NCBI RefSeq assembly: GCF_009914755.1
Contig: NC_060931.1
Reading direction: 5' to 3' (one strand)
Origin: the human T2T-CHM13v2.0 reference genome, Homo sapiens
DNA: 64,000 bases
Position 1 is the stretch's first letter; every line of letters begins with the position of its first letter. The notes below the pieces were generated by a model. The model searched no databases. It worked only from the letters and a program-made list of their open reading frames with translations, and was not told the origin of the DNA. Of the stretch, positions 55,831 to 64,000 are shown one piece after another. The translations under genes were made by a program, and so were the position numbers.

Positions 55831-57966
55831 GACAAAAGGACAGATGGCAAATAATCACACAAAAAGATGCTTGATGTTACTAGTGATTTGTGAAATGCAA
55901 ATGCCAATTACAGTGAGATATCGCTAAACAATAAAATAGCTATAATTGAAAAAAAAAACTGATCATGCCAAGTGTTGCTGACACTATGGAGGACTTAGAA
56001 CTCTCATACACCAGTGGTGCAAAAGTAATATGGTACAACCACTCTGCAAGACAGTTTAGCAATTTTATAAAAAGTTAAACATACAACTACTATATTTATT
56101 AAGATAAAAGAAAGCATATATCCATCCCAGTAATTGTACACAAATGTTCATAGCACCTTATTTTCTGTAATAGCCCCAAACTGGAAACAACCCACTTATT
56201 TATCAACAGATGAATGTATAAACACACTACTAGAATATCCAAACAATGTAAATACTAGTCACTAATAAAAATGAACAAACTATTGAACAGCAATATGGAT
56301 GGATCTCAAAATAATTCTACTGAGGACAAGAAGCCAGACAAAAAAGAAAGCATGCAATAATTAGGATTACAAGCAAGCAGAAGTAAACTTTTGGGAGAGA
56401 TGGATATGTTCATGATTTTTATTGTGGCTGCTGTTTTACAGGTGTATACATATGTTAATATGTATCAAAGTGGATACTAAATATGTGCAGCTTATTGAGT
56501 AATTATTGAACAGTTATGCCTTAATACATCTGCTAAAAAAAATCTGGCAGACTTTTACCCAGAATATACAAAGAACTCTCACACCTCAATAAGAAACAAC
56601 ACAAAATTTGGCAAAATATTTGAATAGACATTCCACCAAAGAAGATATTTTGAATCATCCATAACCATACTATAATGATTAAAATTACAAAAACTGATAC
56701 AACTTAAACTCTCATGCATTGTTGGTGGAAATGAAAAATGGTGCATCTACTCTGGAAAACAGTTTTGAACTTGCTTATAAAGATAAATCCACATTTAATC
56801 ATACATAACCATGCAACCGAGCAATTCCACTCCTAGGTGTTTCCCTAAGAGAAATGATAACATATGTCCACAAAAAGCCTTGTCCATGAATGTTTATAGT
56901 GGCATTGTTCATGGTCACCAAAAACTCAAAACATCTCAAATGTTCATTAACTTGAAAATGGATAAACAAATTGCGTTCTCTATATACAATGAAATATTAT
57001 TTAGCAACAAAAAGCAAGGAACTACTGAACCACAACAGAAGTTGTAGGAACTACAGCTCAGATATGAGTATCAAAAACATGCTATGGTAAAGAAGCCAAA
57101 AATGAAAAGACTACATAATATATTTATATGAAATCCTAGAAAAAGAAAACTATAGCGCAGAAAACACAGTAGTTGCCTGAGGCCATGTTTGGGGAAGGTG
57201 GTAGATTGCAAAAGGGCACAGGGAACTTGTGGGAGTGATGGAAATTTTCTGTATTACGATTGTGGTAGTGCTTACACATCTATACACATTTGCCCATACC
57301 TGGCAAACTTTACACATAAAATAGGTGAAATTTTATTGTGTATAACTTATACTTCAATATAAATGTTAAAAAATTAGAAATCAATTTTGTCTGACTCCTT
57401 CCCTTTAATGACTGCCATCCAGGATTACTCTCTAGGGAGGAGAGTGTCTCATTTAGCCCAGTCATAGAGCCACCCAAAATGGGAAAGAATTGAAGAAAAC
57501 AAATTGCCATAAGAGTCTCCTGTCCCTGCCTTGGATGATTTCATGCTAATCCAAGGCAGTTTATGCTAAAAAAATATGAAATTCATCAGGAATTGAATTA
57601 GGTTTTAATTTATCTTATTTTACTGCAAATGGGCCTTATGTTTAGATGGTGATGGCACTTGGAAAGTATTTTTATGTTTGTTTCATCTTGAAAGTGAGCT
57701 TTTAAATACGTATTTATGAATGTATATTGAAGCTTTATTATTAGGATATGTCTTTCATTTGGTTAAATGAGATGTGAAAAGGCAACATACTTAATTTCAT
57801 TCTATTTTTTAAATTTCTAAACATTGAAATTATGTTTTTTGAAATGACGCTTTAAAATATTTAACATTAAATAAATTTGTCTCTGAAAATCTAGATGTGT
57901 GTTATGTATCTATTTTCTCTAGACAGGAATACATTTCTAATATGGATATATATGTCTTTTTTTCAG

Positions 57967-58410
57967 GCCTGGTTGCAGTATGCTTGAAATCTGGGATGTG
58001 GAAGACCCTTCCAATGCAGCTAACCCTCCCTTACGTAGCATCCTGCTCGAAGATGCCAGGCTCGAAGATGCCAGTATTTCAGAATAGTGTGTACAGAGTA
58101 TTGAAGGTTAACTGAGAAGGAAACTACCCATTACACTATGGCACAATGCCGTGTGTCAAAAACAATCACCCTTTGGCTTATTTACATTAATAAAAATCAC
58201 AAGCTTTAATAACAGACACTTAAAAATAAGATAAAAATGGATTGAAAGTTTTTCTGATTACTAAAAGGTAAATTACTTTTCTGTTCATTGAATGTCAGCC
58301 TTATTAAGCTTGTCATATAAATTATTCAATCATGTCATACTGCATAAACAAATGTTCATTTCAGAGTTTTAAAGAGAAATGTATATAAAAGAACAATGAA
58401 TTTTAATAAA
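57967..58410 (+). pseudogene. DPY19L2-like terminal exon 22 (coding part to 58115 plus 3'UTR)
   Basis: tttcag|GCCTGG...; PGCSMLEIWDVEDPSNAANPPLRSILLEDAR, then a 15-bp tandem duplication shifts the frame (stop TAG 58085-58087). The ancestral tail VFQNSVYRVLKVN* ends at TGA 58113-58115. Confidence 0.93.
58189..58410 (+). terminator. Candidate polyadenylation signals AATAAA (58189-58194 and 58405-58410)
   Basis: Canonical hexamers downstream of the last coding exon. Usage cannot be shown from sequence in AT-rich DNA. Confidence 0.5.
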
Positions 58411-58997
58411 TCAAGGGTACGTAAGTCCCTTTTCATCCACCTAGGTGAATTGCTTCAGATTTTCTCTAGTACCAGAGTGTACCCGCTCAAACTCTTTGAA
58501 CCACTTAGGGCAGAGGAATGCAAAGTCCTGCCCAAGTGGACCCAGCGGCAAAGGTGAGGGACCCCAATTGCAGGAGTATGTGTTGCTTGGGCTCCTGGGA
58601 GCTGCAGTTGGAGCTGGCATTCCTGGGGACCAAATAACACAGTGTGCAGCAGAAGAGACATCCCCAGAGCTGGGAAGGTCTGGATCGAGTGTATTCGTTT
58701 CTTAGGGCAACTGTAAGAAAGTACCACAAACTGGGTGGTTTAAAACAACAGAAACTTGTCTCACAGTTCTACAGACTCAAAGTTCAAAATCAAGGTGTCA
58801 GCAGAGCCATGCTCTCTAGGGAATTTAAAGTCTCTAGGGAATAATCTTTCCTTGCTTCTAACTCCTTTGGTTGCCAACCTTGGCATTCCTTGGCTTATGC
58901 AAGCCCTGCCTCTGTCTTCACATGGCCTTATTTCACCTGTGTCTCCTCTGTGTTCTCAAATTTCTCTGCTTGTAAGGACACCAGTCATAGGATTTAG

Positions 58998-59660
<663 letters not shown>

Positions 59661-60254
59661 GTCTTTTGGGAGAAGAGAATTGATGCATAACACAAGCAAA
59701 GTGACCAAACCCAGGAAAAGCCAGCTGTAAAACCAGCCAGGGTGGGAGCCCAAGGCCATCCAGTAGATGAGAGCTGTCTAATGGTCTAATGCCCACGTCT
59801 CCTCCGCCCTCTGGCCTTGGCCTTGGGAAGCAACGCTCAGCAAGGGAGAGGCGGTGGGGATGGGCAAGGAGCAAGACAGATGGTCACACCTGTCTCCCCA
59901 AAAGCAGACAGCCAAGGACTGCACTCTGTAGCAGGAAAAAGATGTTCTGTCTTTAAGCACTACATTGTTAATTAATATCTTGGACTAAGCATTCCAGAAA
60001 AACTTCTTATTTTGGAAACGTTTAAGCATACAAAACTAGAGGAAACAGAATACCGAGTTCCCTATGTACCCATTGCCCAGCTTCAACAATTATCAACTCA
60101 AGGCCAATCATTTTTTTTTAATCTACACCCTCACACACTCCTCCCTCTCATAGGCTTCTTTTCATGTAAATCCCAGATATATAATCTGGAGATATTTCAT
60201 TCAGTTATTTCAACATGTCTCTGAAAGAGAAAAACTGTTTTAAAAATAAAACAA

Positions 60255-60460
60255 CAACAGACACCGAGGCCTATGCGAGGCCTCAGGTAGGGAGGAGGGA
60301 GAGGAGCAGAAAAAAATAACCACTGGGTACTAGGCTTAGTACCTGGGTGATAAAACAGTCTGTACAACAAACCCCCATAACACGAGTTTACCTGTATAAC
60401 AAACCTGCACATGTACCCATGAGCCTAAAATAAAAGTTTAAAAAACAAAAATTTAAAAAA
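60255..60460 (+). mobile_element. Old L1PA 3'UTR fragment
   Basis: gggtactaggcttagtacctgggtga...aacctgcacatgtaccc...aaaataaaagtt. Confidence 0.85.
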
Positions 60461-60805
60461 CCCCACATTATTGTAGCCTCAAAATTAAAAACAATCCCTT
60501 AACATCAAATATCTACTGAATGTTCAAATATTCCTGTTTGATGTGTAAAACTTCTCATATGTTTTCTTTGTTCACCTGAAGATCCAAAAAGATCTCTTCA
60601 CACATTGCAATTAGTAATTTCTTGTAAGTCACTTTTAACCTGTAGGTTCCTCTCTCCTCCTCATCTTTTTTTCTTACAACTTTTTATAAAGAAACTGAGT
60701 GTTTCTCCTATAGCGTGTCCCAGTGTGGCTATTGCTTATTGCACTCCATGCTGTTCTTCTATGCTTTCCCATGTATTTTCTATAAATTGGATGTTAAATC
60801 CGGAG

Positions 60806-61160
60806 CAGTGATTCTCAAAGGTAGCCCACTATAATTATCTGAGGAGCTCTTGAAAACCCTGAAGCCGGCCGGGCACAGTGGCTCACACCTGTAATCCCAG
60901 CACTTCAGGAGGCCGAGGCGGGCGGATCACCTGATGTCAGGAGTACGAGACCAGCCTGGCCAACATGGTGGAACCCCAACTCTACTAAAAACACAAAAAT
61001 TAGCCAGGTGTGTTGCTGGGTGCCTGTAGTCCCAGCTACTCAGGAGGCTGAGGCAGGAGAATCACTTGAACCCAGGAGGCAGAGGTTGCAGTGAGCTGGG
61101 ATCACGCCTCTGTACTCCAGCCTGGGCAACAGAGTGAGACTGGGTCTCAAAAAAATAAAA

Positions 61161-61194
<34 letters not shown>

Positions 61195-61330
61195 AAATAA
61201 ATATCCCTGAAGCCCAGGCAAATCCAAGAGCAATTATACCAGAGACTCTGGGGGGAACTGAGACACAGGAATTTTTTAAACTACCTCAGATGATCCCAGT
61301 ATGCAACCAACATTGAAAACCACTGATCTA
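60806..61330. mobile_element. MER5-like DNA transposon remnant split by an Alu
   Basis: Ends cagtgattctcaaa ... ttgaaaaccactg form imperfect terminal inverted repeats. Confidence 0.6.
60867..61200 (+). mobile_element. Alu (AluSx-like) with (TAAA)n tail and TSD ccctgaagcc
   Basis: TSD at 60857-60866 and 61205-61214. Confidence 0.96.
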
Positions 61331-61944
61331 CAGTTTTGATCATATTTAGGCTCAGTTTTTTCCCCTCTGGCATAGGACGGTTTCTTGTATACCTTACATT
61401 GGATATTCAAAATTTCCAAATGGACCCTTTGTCTCACAAGGAAGAAAATGTGGAAGTGTCCATCACCTATGACTGACCAGAGAGCCTCTAGAATGGCCCT
61501 ATTCTTCATCTAGTGGCAAGAGATGATTACCCCCCACTAGACAAGTTCTGAAGAGACGAAGGGAAGAAAAATAAAGCATGTTTAATCATGTCACAAATTG
61601 TCCTTGATCAATGAGCCAGTAACACATAAGTGGATAGAAAAATATCTAGAAGGGTCGGCACAAAATTAATATCATGACTACCTCTGGGAAGTGACTGCGT
61701 TTGGTGTGGCAGCAGTCGTGTTTGTGTGTGTGTCCATAAGGGGTTTTAGCCTTACCTCTGGCTTGTAAGCTTTAGATTGAGAATAAAATCATGTATTAAG
61801 TCAGTGAAAAGAAAGAACAAATGATGGCTTTTTAACAACAAAATTTCGTATTTTCTATTTAAAAAGTACTCATTACAGAAAATTTGAAAAATAGGAGAAG
61901 AAAAAAAAGTCATCACCTATAAATTCCTCACTCAAAGATAAGCA

Positions 61945-62710
<766 letters not shown>

Positions 62711-62864
62711 AAGCCAAAGATAAACATTGTTAGTATTTGGTCTATTTATCTCCAGACTTCATGTTATGTATTTTTAAACTTAACTTATGGACAAAACTCC
62801 TTCCCTTGATTTTTTAAACTTCCTCTCTCTGGCCTGGTCGCAGCCACTAGATACCCATATATTA

Positions 62865-63287
<423 letters not shown>

Positions 63288-63299
63288 TTATCAGTTATA

Positions 63300-63430
63300 A
63301 TTCTCACAAAAGCTTGATGATGTGAGTTATTTTATCATTTGCATTTTACAGATGAGGAAACAGGTTTGGAGAAGATAAATACCTTGCCCAAAAATGTAGC
63401 ATGTCCAATCCTCTTTCCCCAGATAGAGGC
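63300..63430 (-). mobile_element. MIR fragment
   Basis: cattttacagatgaggaaacaggtttggaga core. Confidence 0.7.
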
Positions 63431-64000
63431 TGGGATGAAGCTGGCCAAGGGAGTGTCTTCTCCCTGAAGTTGCAAGTATTTCAGAATCAGGAGCCCTGCA
63501 GAGTCCTGAGTTAAAGAGTGAGCCAAAAGTGATGTTTCAGAGAAGGGCAAGGGCTAAGAAGCTGATCCCAAAGTCCACACAACAGACCCAGAGAATCTGT
63601 CAACTACGGAGATGAAAGCAGGGATGATGCATGGAAGGGAGGGAAGTTTCCAGGCTAACACCTGGGGTAGCGGTGTCACTCCTGTCTGTGTTTAGTATGC
63701 CCAGAGGGGCCAGGTGTGGGTGGGCAGTCCAGAGCTGAAACCAACCCATTTCCATGCACTGCTTAGTACAGAATGCCAAGTAAAGGCTTCCGTTATTTCT
63801 TTGAAACGGTGCTGCCAAGTAATTGTCATAGAACATTTATGGGTCTGTCCTTCCGCCCCTCCCTTCCTGCTTTCCCCTGGAATAGCAAGCAGAGCTGGTT
63901 GTAAAGGTCAGTACATTTTCCTGGGTGCTCTGGAGTAAATAAAGCCATTTCCTCCAGCCTACAGTGATGAGCTATTCCTGGTTGGGTAATCTTGACCTCT

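Overview
Primate (human-like) genomic DNA, rich in Alu, L1, MaLR and MIR repeats, with no intact protein-coding gene. There are two gene-derived blocks, arranged head-to-head. (1) A CpG island at ~380-1645 carries a disabled copy of ZNRF2 exon 1 on the - strand (Gly2>Ser, frameshifts, a nonsense codon, intact splice donor). (2) An unprocessed, 5'-truncated duplicate of DPY19L2 (C-mannosyltransferase family; globozoospermia gene) lies on the + strand from ~3.1 to ~58.4 kb. I can read exons 5-10, 12-16 and 20-22 of the 22-exon parent. Exons 1-4, 11 and 17-19 were not found, and several splice sites are dead. Exon numbering and parent sequences are from my recall of human DPY19L2 and ZNRF2, not from an alignment. 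From recall, this arrangement matches the DPY19L2P3/ZNRF2P2 locus on human 7p14, so the locus itself is probably already annotated. The most interesting points are: (a) the headless DPY19L2 copy appears fused to a captured ZNRF2 CpG-island promoter, with a 10-bp duplicated motif at the junction; (b) loss of exons 17-19 (320 nt) is exactly compensated by a 1-nt deletion in exon 20, leaving an open exon 15-16-20-21-22 frame of ~140 aa that stops in the last exon; (c) a small polyadenylated, TSD-flanked retrocopy of an ERV-LTR transcript end; (d) an L1 with a mini 3' transduction and an inverted L1PA pair around exons 9-10. None of this is proof of a new functional system.
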